From the NCBI RefSeq assembly GCF_009914755.1, contig NC_060928.1: a stretch of DNA of 64,000 nucleotides; one strand, 5' to 3'. The position numbers were made by a program, and so were the translations under genes. The notes beneath the pieces are model-generated. The model was not told the DNA's origin, searched no databases, and saw only the letters and a program-made list of their open reading frames with translations. Source of the DNA: the human T2T-CHM13v2.0 reference genome, Homo sapiens. Below are positions 39,524 through 57,964 of the stretch, piece by piece (position 1 is the stretch's first letter; each line of letters starts with the position of its first letter).

Positions 39524-42500
39524 CCTGGCTCACAATATTCTAAAGCAGTAGACCACACATAGTCACATATTGAAGCATTCATGAATTGCTATACAAAGTA
39601 ATACTTCTATATTTCTTAAAGTGTAGACTGTATTGAGGAAAATTGTTGATTCCACCCTCTTCCCCTAACAGGTTTAATATGACCCGCTGTGGTTGAAAAA
39701 CATCAACATAAGCTGTTGCTACGCTATTTATGTACACATCTCTAAAAAACAGTTTATGAAAATAAATGTATATGTAAACTTTTTTATTTACATGTTTGTC
39801 TATACACACAAGGAATAAAAAGTATTATTACAGGGCAATGATGAAATGCTATTTGTCTCTAGTTGCTCTTAACCCTTATTAAATAATCACTACTGCTCTT
39901 TATACTTCCCTTCTCTTTCATTTAGCGGAGAGAAAATTGCTGGGCTATTTTGTGCCACCAACATAGCCCTTCCGAACTGAGAGACTTGCTATAATTATGC
40001 TGCCTCATCTTTAGATTTCTCCAGCCTGTGTCTCCTTTCTATACTGGAAAGCAAAGGCAGAACTCCAAGATTGGATTCTTTGAGTTGACCCACTGCACAG
40101 TTCTCCCTACTTTCCATCCCACCTCTAACACCCCTGCGTGAGTTAAGAAGACTACAATTCTGATATTTCCTTACAGGAGTCCCAGTTACACCATCTATGA
40201 GCAGATAGGATTTTGTAGATTATTTCACTCTTTCATTAGCCACTGAAAATGAAAAACTCCAAGGGTTAGAATTATGAAATAGCCTACATTTTCCCTGTTA
40301 TTATTCTAAAGCGTCCAATGTAATCAGGAATCTCCTTATTATGAATTATTTTTATTAATTAAGGGGACAGTGAGTTTAATCCTATTGTTACTTATTACAT
40401 GCTAAATGTTAGGTTTCTTAATGTAAAAGCTGATCAATCATATGTGACACTTTAATAGAGTTTGTTGAAAGCAGAGACGTTCTGATCATCTGTTTAGCAA
40501 TACACTTCTTCATCCAAAAGGTATTTACTAGGTTGATTTTTTAAATCCAGAAACCATTACACTGCCTACTGCACTCACTGACAAAGAAAGTCAATGGCAG
40601 CAAAAGAAGTGGATCTCCATGGCATTATGAACGCATTATTAGAATAACTATAAAAAGAGAAGTCAACAAAAGAACTCATGGAAGGCAGAGGATGAAAAAC
40701 AAAACTACTGAAGATGAGAAGAAAGGTTCTATCTGTAAAAAAGTAGTTGAAAAATTATAAAAACTTTGATATGGGAAATAATTCAATTCAGATATTTTAT
40801 TAATATTTAATAAGTATAAACTTTTTTACATTTTTTAGATTTTTCCTGCACATACTTACATGCATTTAATCCTCACAGCCCATACAGAGTGACATATGCA
40901 TAAACCCATGAAGCTTATCACCACCATCAAAATACTGTATGTTTCCATCACTCATAAATGTGTAATTTCTTTCATACTCCCCTATTCAGGTAAACACGAA
41001 TTTCTTTTATGTTACTATGGACTAGCATGCACTCTCTAGAGTTATATGTAAATGGAATTATAAAGTATGTATTTATTTTCTGTCTGGTTTCTTCCCCTAA
41101 TCCTAATTATCTTAAAATTCATCCATTTTGGTCTTTGTATTAATAGTTCATTACATTTTGTCGCTCAGTCGTGTTACGTTGTAAGAATATACCACCACTT
41201 GTTTACCCATTCACATGTTGATAGACATGTGGATTGTTTCCAGTTTCTGGTTATTACAAATCAAGCTGCTATGAACATTTGTGTACAAGTCTTTGAGTAA
41301 TTTTCTTGGGTAGAAACCTAGGAACTACACGGCTGGATCATCTGGTAGTTGCATGTCACTTTCAAAGATGCTGTCAAACTGTTTTCCAAAGTAGCAGTAT
41401 CATTTCACAATCCCACCATCAGTATGCCGGTATTCAGTTCCTCCACATTCTTGCCCATACTCTTTGTATGGTCAGTTTTTAAATTTTAGCCATTTTTGCA
41501 TGGTCTGTAGTGACTTCTCATTGTGGTTTTAATTTGCATTTGCTTAATAATTAATAAGTGAACATCTTTTTAGGTGATTTTTTGCCATTTGTAAATCTTC
41601 AAGTCTTTTGCCTACTTTTTATTGGGTTGGTCCTTTATTATCATTCTTACTATTATTGAGTTTTGAGAGTTCTTTACATATCCCAGATACATGTCCTTGT
41701 ATCTTCTTGTATTATTCTTTCACGGATTGTGCTTTTGCTGGTATGTTCTATCTAGGATTTCTTTGCCTAACATTAGATACAAGATTATCCTCTCTATTTA
41801 CATCTAGAATTATTATCATGTTAGATTTGTCACTTAGGTCTGTGATTCATTTTGAATTAACTTCTTTATATAATTGAATACAGTATGAACCAAAATATAT
41901 GGGGTTTTGTGTATTTGTTTTTGCATATGGATATACACTTGTGCCAACATCAGTTGTAAAGGCTATCTTTTCTCCATGGAATTTTTTCATTTTTTCACCT
42001 TCCTCAAAAATTGATTGTCCACATATGTGTGGGTTTATTTCTGGACACTATTCTTTTCCATTGATCTGTTTGTCTATCTTTATGGCTGTGTGAAATTCTT
42101 TGATTTCTGTAGCTTTATAAATGGTTTTGAAACTAGGTATTATAGCATTAGTCTTCCAAATTTGTTCCCTTTTTTCAGTTGTTTTGGCTATTCTAAGTCT
42201 TTTGTATTCCTATATGAGTTTTAGAATCAGCTTCTCAGTTTCTACAAAAAAAAAATCTTACTGGAATTTTGATTAGGATTCCATTTAATCTATTTATGAA
42301 TTTAAGGAGAATTGACATTTTACCAATATTGAATGTTCTGACACATAAATAAGGTAGCGGGGTATATACTGCCATTTATTTAGGTCTTCTTTAATTTTTC
42401 TCAATACTTTGTAGTTTTCAGTAAATGAATCTTTCATGTCCTTTGTATTTTACTTTTTGAGGCTACTGTGAATGGCACTTTTTTATCAATTTATGATTAT

Positions 42501-43667
42501 TTATTGCTAGTATAGAAATACAATAAATTATTGTTGACTACTGACCTTACTTTCTGCAACCTTGCTAAATTTATTAGTTATAGTCTTTTTTTTTTTGTAG
42601 ATTCCATTGGACTTCCTACACAGATAATAATAGCATCTGCTAATAAAGACAGTTTTATTTCTTTTCCAATTTGAATGTCTTTTTTTTTTTCTTGCTAATG
42701 CACTGGCCACAATTTTCCATACAGTATTGGATAGAATTGGTAGGAACAAACATTCTTTTTTTATTCTTGATCTTAGGAGAAAATAGTTTATCAGTGTAGG
42801 AAGTTCTCTTCTATTCCTAGTTTACTGATAGTTTTTACCAGGAATGGATGATGAATACTGTTAAGTTCATGTATTTATTTAGATGATTATATGGCTTTTT
42901 TGGTAGTTTTTAGTTTTTAATACAGTGATTACATTGACTGATTTTCAGGTATTAAGCAAATCCTGCATTCCTGCAATATACACCACTTCATTATTTTGTA
43001 TTATTCTCTTTATATATTGTTAGATTCAATTTGCTAACACTTTGTTTAGAAATGTTGTGTCTATGTTAATAAAGGGTATGTTCTGTAATTTTCTTTCATT
43101 GGAATGCCTTTTTCTTGTATTTTTTTTCTTTCCTGTATTTGTATTAGAGTAATGATGACCTCAGTGAAAGGGTTAGGATATATTCGCTGCTTTTCAATTA
43201 CATGGAAGAGTTTGTGTAAGTTTATATTTTTCTTAAGTATTAATGGAATTTATTATTGAAGCCATTTGGGCCTACAGTTTGCTTTGTTGGAAAAAAATTG
43301 CTATAAATTCTAATACTTTGATGGATATAGGGCTATTTAGTTTGTCTTCTTGAGTGAGCGTTAGTAGTTTGTGTCTGTCAAATAATCCATTCATTTCATC
43401 AAAGTTCTAAAATTTGTACGTATAAAGTTTTTCATAATATCTCCTTTCTATCCTTTTAATAGCTATTGGATACTCAGTGAAGTCAACCATTTCATTCCTG
43501 AGATTTCTGACTTCTCTGTTTTTTGCCTAATTAGTATGGCTAAAGTTTCATCAATTTTATTAGACTTCTCAGAAAACCAACTTTTATTGATTTTCTCCAT
43601 TTTATTGTCTTTATTTCATTGATACCCACTTTGGTCTTTATTATTTCTTTTCTTACTTTGGGCTTAA

Positions 43668-43983
<316 letters not shown>

Positions 43984-44401
43984 TCTAATATCTTAATATA
44001 GAAGCTGAGGTCATCAATTTGAGACCTTTCTTATTTTCTACAGGTGTTTACTGCCATTAATTTCTCATAAATACTACTTTCATGGCATTACACAAATTTC
44101 AATATTTTGTTTTCATTTTGATTCGGTTCAAGCTACTTACTAATTTCCACTTTGATTTCTTATTTGACCCATGGCTCATTTACAAATATGTTATTTGGTT
44201 TCCCATTCAACATTTGGAGATTTTGCAGATACCTTTTGCTCTTGATTTCTAATATCAATCCATTGTGATCAGAGAAATATTTTGCTGACATGAGCCATTT
44301 TAAATATATTAAAACTTGTGCTTTGGCTGATCATATGATTTTTCTTGGTAAATGTTTCATGTATAGTTGAGAAGAATGCATATTTTTCTGTTGTTGGGTA
44401 G

Positions 44402-45114
<713 letters not shown>

Positions 45115-46637
45115 AGTTGGTTGATGGTTTTGTTAAGTATACTATAGTCTTGCTAACTTTCTCTCTACTTGTTCTATAATTTACTGAGAAAAGAGTATTG
45201 AAATTTTTTACTGAGGATTTTTTTATTTCTCCTTGCAATTGTATCAGTTTTTGCTTCACGTATTTTGAAGCCCTGTTATTAGGAATATCAAAGTTTAAAA
45301 TTCTTATATCCTTTTAATGAACTGACCTCTATATTTGTGATTAAAATTTTCACCAAGTTTGGAGAATTTCTTGCCATTATTTCTTCAAATAATTTTTTCT
45401 GCCCCTCCACTTCTCTCCTTCAGGAATTTGAATTACATGTTCCTGGGATTGCTTGAAGTTTCCCCACAACTCATTAATGCTTTTCACTATTTCAATTTTT
45501 TTCTTTCTTTTTTTCATGTTGGATAATTTTTATGACTATATCTTCAATTTCACTAATTTTTTTCTTCTGCAGTGTGTAATCCGCTGTTAATTCCATCCAA
45601 TATATGTGTCACATCAGACATTTATTTTTCACCTGTAAAACTTTGAATTAGGTCTTTTTCTATGTCCCTGCTGAACATATTGAACATATGGAATATGGTT
45701 ATAATGATTGTTTTAATGCCATTTTTGCTATTTATAACATTTGTAGCAGTTCTTGGTCAGTTTCAATTTTCTACACATTCTCTTGATGCATCATGTCTTC
45801 CTACTTCTTTGCATGCCTTTTAATCTTCAATTTGATGAAAAACATTGTGAATTTTTTCTCCTTTGGTGCTTTATTCCGGGATGCAATTAGTTTACACTGA
45901 CATAATTTAAGCTTTCTTTCCTGCCTTTCTGATTTTTTTGGAGAGCTGTTCAGTCTAGGGCTAATAATTTCCTACTTCTCAGACAGGACCTTCCTTGAAT
46001 TATGAGTTTTTCCAGTCTGGCTGATGGAACTGTTCTCAATCCTGTGTGAGTGCCAGGTACTGTTCCCTCTAATCCTTTTGGATGGTTGCTTTCTCAGCCT
46101 TGAATAGTTTTTTCATCACGCACATATGTGCTGAATACTCAAGGGAGTCATCTTCAGCTCTCCAGGGATCTAACTCTGTGCAGCTGTCTTGTCTCCAGTA
46201 CTCTGTCCTAAGAACGCTAGCCTCCTCAGTCTCCCCAGCCCCTCAGGTGCAACTCTTCAACTCAGGGAGTTTAATGAGCTTCCTTTGGATTCCCCCATCT
46301 TGTGTGGCAACCAGTGGGCCATAAACTGGGGAAATGATAAGATGATCTTTACTTTTTTCTTTCAAGGATCATTATTCTTCAATGCCTGAGGCCCAGTGTT
46401 TTGAAAACAGTTTTAATATATTGTCTGATTTTTTATTTTGTTTTGCCTTTTAAAATTTTATCAGGCAGGGGAGTGTTTTCAGTCCTTGTTACCATATCTT
46501 GGGCAAAAGAGGACGGTCTCTCCCACCTCTTATAAAACTAAAGGCACAAAGGAAAAATCAAACAGACAGTTAAAGAAAACAGAGAAGAACTGAAAAATGT
46601 TTTCTTCTATCTTGCTTTGGTGATGTTCAATAACTGA

Positions 46638-47145
46638 TGCATTAGCTTCCCATTGCTGCTGTTACAAATTACCACAAATGTGGAGGCTTAAAACAACACG
46701 CATTGATTATTTATAGTTATGTAGGTCAGAAGTCTGACACAGGTCTCAGTGAGGCTATAATCAAGATGACAGCAGGGATGCATTCCTTCCCTGAGGCTTC
46801 AGGAGACAATCCACGTCCTCGCCTTTTCCAGCATCTACAGGCCACCCACGTTTCTCAGTTTATGACCTCCTTGCTCCATCTTCCAAACCACCAACTTTGC
46901 ATCTCTCTAACCATTTTTCTGTAGTCCTATCTCCCTCTGACCACAGCAGAGAAAGGTTTTCTGCTCTTAAGGAACTGTGTGATTCAATTATTTAAGTGTC
47001 CCCTTAGATAATCCAGAATACGATCCCCATCTCAGGATTTTAATCACATCTGCAAAGTTTTTTATTGCCTGGTAAGGTAACATATTCATAGGATCTGGAG
47101 ATTCAGATGTGAATATCTTTAGGGGTCATTATTCTGCCCACCACA
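46638..47145 (-). mobile_element. MLT1D-like MaLR solo LTR
   Basis: 'attgctgctgttacaaattaccacaaa...ggcttaaaacaacac' and the terminus 'cattattctgcccaccaca'. Confidence 0.85.
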
Positions 47146-47591
47146 GTTGACATCTAGTGGCTTAAATTCTACTGTTGTTTACTTTTAAGCAATGAAAGTG
47201 ACATTCACAAAAATCCTTTTAAAAACATTCATTCAAATATAAAGTTTTAAGAAAAGAGGTATGCCAGTTTTTTCATCCAGTTGATGAAAAAAATTAATTG
47301 GAGAGACTGCTTTCTCTATGCAACTCACTGGCAAGCCATTCTTCTTAGCTCAGGATCTTAGTTATTTCTCAGTTATCAAGACTAAAATAGTAAAGTCTAG
47401 CATGCAATGAGTTCTGTATGTTTCAGTGTTGTACCACGTGATTTTTAGCATTTGCTCCTAAGGGTCTTCTCTAATTGTTTTTTATGTTGGTTAGTAATGA
47501 TTCTCAAACTAATTTTATAAGTAAAATACCAGTAACATAATAATATCCAATAGTTATCAAGCATTATTAATTCAAACTGTACATTTAACAT

Positions 47592-48153
47592 TGTGATGTT
47601 TAGTTTTTTGTGTCAACTTGGGTGGGACACAGCGTGTCCAGATAGTGGGTCAAACGTTATTCTGGGTGTTTCTTTGAGGTTTTCTTTGGATGATATTAAC
47701 ATTTAAATGGGTGGACTTTTGAGTAAATCAGATTGCCCTCCATTAAGTCAGTGGGCCTCATCCAATCATCTGAAGGTCTAAATTAGAACAGCCTCCCCAG
47801 GTAAAAGAGAGTTCTACCTCTGTAGTGTTGGCACCTTCTGGTTCTATAACAAGGTGTCTACAGACTTCATTTACAACAGTGGCTTCTGGACTGGAACTGC
47901 AGCATCACTGTCCCTGGGTCTCCTGCCTGCAGCTGCTCCTGCAGATATGGGCTTGTCAGCCTCCATAATCATGTGGCCTGATTCCTCATAATAAATAATA
48001 AATATAACCTCTTTATTTATAAAGCTATTCATAAATATATATATTTTTCCTCTTTTATATATATATTCTTCCTCTTAATATATAGTTATATTACATATGA
48101 TATATCTATGTATCCTATTGGTTGTATTTCTCTGGAGAGTCCTGTCTAATATA
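47592..48153 (+). mobile_element. MLT2 (ERVL) solo LTR
   Basis: 'tgtgatg...tgtgtcaacttg' to 'tcctattggttgtatttctctggagagtcctgtctaatata'; 5-bp TSD AACAT (47587-47591 / 48154-48158). Confidence 0.88.
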
Positions 48154-48159
48154 AACATG

Positions 48160-48670
48160 AACAGCTGCTTTGAGATATGAGATGGTTACTATCATCATCC
48201 CCATTTTTTATTAACAGAATTTTTAATTGTATAAATGTATGGGTGCAATGTGATGATTTTATAAGTGTATACAATGTGGAAGGATTAAATCAAGCTAATT
48301 AATGTGTCCTATTACCTCATTTATCATGTTTTTGTGGTGAGACATTTGAAATTTACTTTCTTAGTTATTTTGAAACATACAATACATGATCATCGAGTAC
48401 AGTCACCCTAGTATGCAAAACTTATTTGCCTTGTCTAACTGAATACCGTCTAACTGAATACCCTCTAACTGAGATACCCTAGTATCTCAAAACATATTGG
48501 TCTTGTCTAACTGAAACTTTGTACCTATTACCTTTATTTTACAAATGAAAAACTAAAGCAGAGAGAAGGTAATCTCCCCAGTGTTTTAGGGAGAATATGA
48601 GTAAAGGTAGGATTGAAGCCAGGAAAGCCTGACTCCAGGTATACACCCTTGATCCCTACTTTATATTGCA
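48160..48670 (-). mobile_element. MIR interrupted by an L1MA 3' fragment (~48210-48530)
   Basis: MIR 'atcatccccatttt' ... 'ttttacaaatgaaaaact'; L1MA 'attaaatcaagctaattaa', 'gtggtgagacatttgaaatttact'. Confidence 0.7.
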
Positions 48671-49382
48671 TTTTAAACTCCTGAAAGACAGGGACTATGC
48701 CTCAATATTGTTTAACCCTTCAAAGAATCTGGCACAGACCCAGCATATAGGCATGTAACACCTGGTTAACCAATGAATATTAATTCTTCTCACATCTTTA
48801 TTAACCCATTTAGATAGACTCCATCCTCCAAAGACTCCCCCTGATTTGACTGGGGGGAGGTGAAAATGGAAGAGGTAGTGGGCACATGTCACATAACTGC
48901 CATTACATATTGGTAAAATGGAGAAGTAGTGTCATAGAGTTGGTATGAAAGCTATTAACCCACCCTGGGAGGCTTCCTTATAGCTCCCTGATGTTTGTAA
49001 TTGTTTGCCCTATAAACACACACATACATATATACCCAAATTCAGAATACTAGGCATGATTTATATCTTCTAACATTCAAATAATTAAACATTTTTTTCA
49101 CCAAAAGACTAAAAACCAGAAGATCTTGCCATTTGAACAAATTGTTGATTGTGAGCTGTTGTGAAAATCTTCTATATAGAAGGGAAAATAAAGACTCTTT
49201 TCCTAACATTGAGAATGCTGAGCTCAAGGCCACAATGCTGAGATTTCTCACAACTCTATCTCCCTCAATTTAGGAAGGAAAGTACCTGAGCTCTTTTTCT
49301 ATTACCTGAGCTCATTTCTATTAACAGAATGTGGTTTTGGTCCATCATCCAAGACAAAATGACTTATAAGAAGTTTTCTGCT

Positions 49383-49826
49383 TGTATTAGTTCCTTAGGG
49401 CTGCCATAACAAATCACCACAAACTGGGTGCCTTAAAACAGCAGAAATGTATTCCCTTACATTTGGGGGTTGAAGTCTGAAATCAAGGCATCAACAGGAT
49501 TGGTTTCTTCTGAGAGCTCTGAGGGAATATCTGCTCCTCTCTCCTAGCTTCTGGTGATGGCCACCAATGCTCGGCATTCGTTGGCTTGCAGATGCATCAT
49601 TTTAATCTCTGATTCCATCTTCTCCATGTTTTCCTCTGTGTGTGCATCTGTGTCCAAATTTCCCTCTTTTTATAAGGATGCCAGTCACATTGGATTAATG
49701 TCCACACTCATCTTCACTTGACTAAATGTACACAGATCCCTTTTCTAAATAGGATCATATTCACAGGTGGTGGAGGTTAAATTTCAGTGTATCTTTTTTG
49801 GAGGGAATGAAATTCATCCCAAGACA
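49383..49826 (-). mobile_element. MLT1C-like MaLR solo LTR
   Basis: 'tgtattagttccttagggctgccataacaaatcaccacaaactggg...', 'ataaggatgccagtcacattggatta'. Confidence 0.85.
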
Positions 49827-50716
49827 CTACCCTCTCCCCTCATACACGCACCTGTTGAAGAACTTATTAGTTATGTTAAGAATCATTGAAGCAAAGATTC
49901 TCTTTAGACCTCATTATCTGTATACTTTATAGAATTCTGTGTTTCAGTTTTCCTCTGAAGACCATCATTTCAGGCATAAAGGTCTTGACAGAAATCAAGA
50001 AAAATGTTCAGATCAAGCATTGGCCATAAAATATGAAATTTAGAATCCTTTATTCCTCAATACCATTTACACCTTATTCACCAACCATGTAAAGCTCATA
50101 CAGTATTCCTTTTTCTGTCATACTATCTTGTTGAATCCATGTTCCCCTTCATCTGATTCATCAGTCACTTAATCAGCAGCTATTTTATGGCCTTCTATGT
50201 GCTCAACACCTTACTAAGAGCTATGAGGCCACCAAATATGCAATAAATATGATATCAAAAGAAATCAACAAATTCTATCTTTTCATTATGTTCAGAGGAG
50301 GAAACTAAGACCCAGAGAGGTTAGTTTTTTCTCTACTTAGTGGCAGAGCCAGATAATCCTAAGTATTAATTGTACCTAACCCAGTTTTATTTCTTAATTC
50401 ACTATGACATGGTGATGCCTGCATAACTCACAAAAATATATATGGTATAGTATCATCTCAGTTTTAGCTCTCCATCCCTAATTATTACCATTTTTTTTAA
50501 TTTATTTTTTTATTATACTTTAAGTTTTAGGGTACATGTGCACATTGTGCAGGTTAGTTACATATGTATACATGTGCCATGCTGGTGCGCTGCACCCACT
50601 AACTCGTCATCTAGCATTAGGTATATCTCCCAATGCTATCCCTCCCCCCTCCCCCCACCCCACCACAGTCCCCAGAGTGTGATATTCCCCTTCCTGTGTC
50701 CATGTGATCTCATTGT

Positions 50717-54571
<3,855 letters not shown>

Positions 54572-54607
54572 TTAGTTGATGCAGTTTCTTCCTAGTGTCG
54601 ATGGTCT

Positions 54608-55624
54608 TTACATTTTGGCATGATTTTGCAGCGGCTGGTACTGGTTGTTCCTTTCCATGTTTAGCACTTCCTTCAGGAGCTCTTTTAGGGCAGGCCTGGT
54701 GGTGACAAAATCTCTCAGCATTTGCTTGTCTGTAAAGTATTTTATTTCTCCTTCACTTATGAAGCTTAGTTTGGCTGGATATGAAGTTCTGGGTTGAAAA
54801 TTCTTTTCTTTAAGAATGTTGAATATTGGCCCCCACTCTCTTCTGGCTTGTAGGGTTTCTGCTGAGAGATCCGCTGTTAGTCTGATGGGCTTCCCTTTGA
54901 GGGTAACCCGACCTTTCTCTCTGGCTGCCCTTAACATTTTTTCCTTCATTTCAACTTTGGTGAATCTGACAATTATGTGTCTTGGAGTTGCTCTTCTCGA
55001 GGAGTATCTTTGTGGCGTTCTCTGTATTTCCTGAATCTGAACATTGGCCTGCCTTGCTAGATTGGGGAAGTTCTCCTGGATAATATCCTGCAGGGTGTTT
55101 TCCAACTTGGTTCCATTCTCCCCATCACTTTCAGGTACACCAATCAGACGTAGATTTGGTCTTTTCACATAGTCCCATATTTCTTGGAGGCTTTGCTCAT
55201 TTCTTTTTATTCTTTTTTCTCTAAACTTCCCTTCTCGCTTCATTTCATTCATTTCATCTTCCATTGCTGATACCCTTTCTTCCAGTTGATCGCATCGGCT
55301 CCTGAGGCTTCTGCATTCTTCACGTAGTTCTCGAGCCTTGGTTTTCAGCTCCATCAGCTCCTTTAAGCACTTCTCTGTATTGATTAGTCTAGTTATACAT
55401 TCTTCTAAATTTTTTTCAAAGTTTTCAACTTCTTTGCCTTTGGTTTGAATGTCCTCCCATAGCTCAGAGTAATTTGATCATCTGAAGCCTTCTTCTCTCA
55501 GCTCATCAAAGTCATTCTCCATCCAGCTTTGTTCCGTTGCTGGTGAGGAACTGCGTTCCTTTGGAGGAGGAGAGGCACTCTGCGTTTTAGAGTTTCCAGT
55601 TTTTCTGTTCTGTTTTTTCCCCAT
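54608..55624 (-). pseudogene. L1 ORF1p, 338-codon span with a single premature stop R49* (CGA>TGA, 55478-55480)
   Basis: MGKKQNRKTGNSK... start at 55624; the downstream 248-aa ORF is in frame. Confidence 0.93.
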
Positions 55625-56523
55625 CTTTGTGGTTTTATCTACTTTTGGTCTTTGATGATGGTGATGTACAGATGGGTTTTCAGTGTGGATGTCCTTTCTG
55701 TTTGTTAGTTTTCCTTCTAACAGACAGGACCCTCAGCTGCAGGTCTGTTGGAATAACCTGCCGTGTGAGGTGTCAGTGTGCCCCTGCTGGGGGGTGCCTC
55801 CCAGTTACACTGCTCGGGGATCAGGGGTCAGGGACCCACTTGAGGAGGCAGTCTGCCCGTTCTCAGATCTCCAGCTGCATGCTGGGAGAACCACTGCTCT
55901 CTTCAAAGCTGTCAGACAGGGACATTTAAGTCTGCAGAGGTTACTGCTGTCTTTTTGTTTGTCTGTGCCCTGCCCCCAGAGGTGGAGCCTACAGAGGCAG
56001 GCAGGCCTCCTTGAGCTGTGGTGGGCTCCACCCAGTTCGAGCTTCCTGGCTGCTTTGTTTACCTAAGCAAGCCTGGGCAATGGCGGGCGCCCCTCCCCCA
56101 GCCTCGCTGCCACCTTGCAGTTTGATCTCAGACTGCTGTGCTAGCAATCAGCGAGATTCTGTGGGCGTAGGACCCTCTGAGCCAGGTGTGGGATATAATC
56201 TCGTGGTGCGCCGTTTTTTAAGCTGTTCTGAAAAGCGCAATATTCGGGTGGGAGTGACCCGATTTTCCAGGTGCGTCCGTCACCCCTTTCTTTGACTCAG
56301 AAAGGGAACTCCCTGACCCCTTGTGCTTCCCAAGTGAGGCAATGCCTAGCCCTGCTTCGGCTCGCGCACGGTGCGTGCACCCACTGGCCTGCGCCCACTG
56401 TCTGGCACTCCCTAGTGAGATGAACCCGGTACCTCAGATGGAAATGCAGAAATCACCCGTCTTCTGCGTCACTCACGCTGGGAGCTGTAGACCGGAGCTG
56501 TTCCTATTCGGCCATCTTGGCTC
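55625..56523 (-). promoter_or_regulatory. L1 5'UTR internal sense promoter plus antisense promoter
   Basis: YY1 site AAGATGGCC intact at the 5' end (~56510-56518); CpG-rich. Confidence 0.75.
56080..56295 (+). CDS. L1 ORF0 (71 aa, antisense in the L1 5'UTR), intact
   Basis: MAGAPPPASLPPCSLISDCCASNQRDSVGVGPSEPGVGYNLVVRRFLSCSEKRNIRVGVTRFSRCVRHPFL*. Kozak context gcaATGg; splice donors at 56186 and 56271. Confidence 0.8.
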   Translation: MAGAPPPASLPPCSLISDCCASNQRDSVGVGPSEPGVGYNLVVRRFLSCSEKRNIRVGVTRFSRCVRHPFL

Positions 56524-57499
56524 AAACTCTCCATCCCTAATTATAGCTAACTTCAAGGAGAGGGCTTCCAATATTTTTCTCCATGTGAGGAATTCTCCCC
56601 TGTTCTTGTCACTTTGAGGAACCAGAAGTACATTATAATATGTCAACTTGGCAAATGTTTGCAGTTATTGCTCTTTACTCTACATAATAAATAAAATTAT
56701 AAGTGAAAGTAAAAACCTCCTCTAGGCTGTGTGCAGCAGCTTAACCATCTCAAATTTAGCTTTCTTTGGACAACTCTCCTAGTTTTCAGCATTCCAATTT
56801 GTGCAAATAAGTACTGAAGGGTTTGCTTGGGCAGCTGCCAATGCCTAGCTCTGAATATAAAAAAGATAGCTACACATAGAACAATCATATTCTTAATCAA
56901 ATAATGATTTATGCCCTTGTAACTGGGCAATAAAAATTCAGATGGACTTTTTTGTAAGTTACACCTTTTTCACTGCAATTCACTCATCCTTTCTCCAATT
57001 CCCATTTTCTATACAATCAATCTTAAGCACTATTGCAGCTTTATACTTGTAGAAATGAATTTTTAAAAAGAACATAACTGATTTTGCCTCAATCTGTTTT
57101 TTTAAAGATCAAAGAGGAAACATTCAAAGGATGCAAGTATCTTTGCATCATTAAATACATTCATTGTTTAAGCGAGGTATCCGCAGTCAATGAAAAGGAA
57201 GGATTGAGGAACTATCCAGGGGAAGATAAAATGTAGTCAAACTAAAGGTAAAGCAATCCAGTTAAACATTTTTTAACTTAGTTACAAAGCCAAATATTCC
57301 TTAAGGATATTGCTAAACATTAATTCTGATAAGAATTAGATCAATACATTTGAATAATATAATCAATCTACATAAAGTAGCATGAAGCCCACAAATCATA
57401 TCTTTAACCAAAAATAGTGGTAACATTTTTTTCTTGGAAATAGCCACATAATTTTATTTGCACTCTATATAAGCTTTCCAGAGATACATTATAACATAA

Positions 57500-57720
57500 C
57501 ATTCAAATTAAGAGCTCTGAAGTTAGGTCCTGGATTCAAGGCCACGCATTGCAATTTACTAGTCGAATGACTTTGGACAAATTAATTAACCTTTCTAAAC
57601 CTTTCCTAATTTTCTTGTCTATAGAAGAGAAATTATAAATAGTACCCACCTCACGGGTGCATTTGTGCCAACGTAAGGGGGTAATGCATGTAAACTATTT
57701 GGTGTATTGAGTACTCCATA
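57500..57720 (+). mobile_element. MIR
   Basis: 'atttactagtcgaatgactttggacaaattaattaacctttct', 'aatagtacccacctcac'. Confidence 0.7.
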
Positions 57721-57964
57721 GATCTTTGCTAATACCTGCTTGAAAAAGCTCTGCTGAAGAAGTTATTTAGAGCATAAAATAATGGAAAATGAAAAATAAT
57801 GGAAGGAAATGCAATAAAATGTTAACAGTGGTTAACATCAAAGGAGTACAATTATGAGTGATTCTTTTCCTTTTTTTTCACTTTCCAAAAACTTTTAAAT
57901 GCAACTGTATTGTATTTATCACAGAACAACACTTTATGAAAGAAAACTCAGGGCTAATACATTA

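Noticed and set aside
40551-40760. About 69 open codons after a weak plus-strand acceptor
   Set aside because: A-rich, no recognisable peptide, weak splice signals.
49284-49323. Short tandem duplications (also at ~16169, ~25190, ~30301, ~63463)
   Set aside because: Ordinary 11-30-bp slippage duplications.
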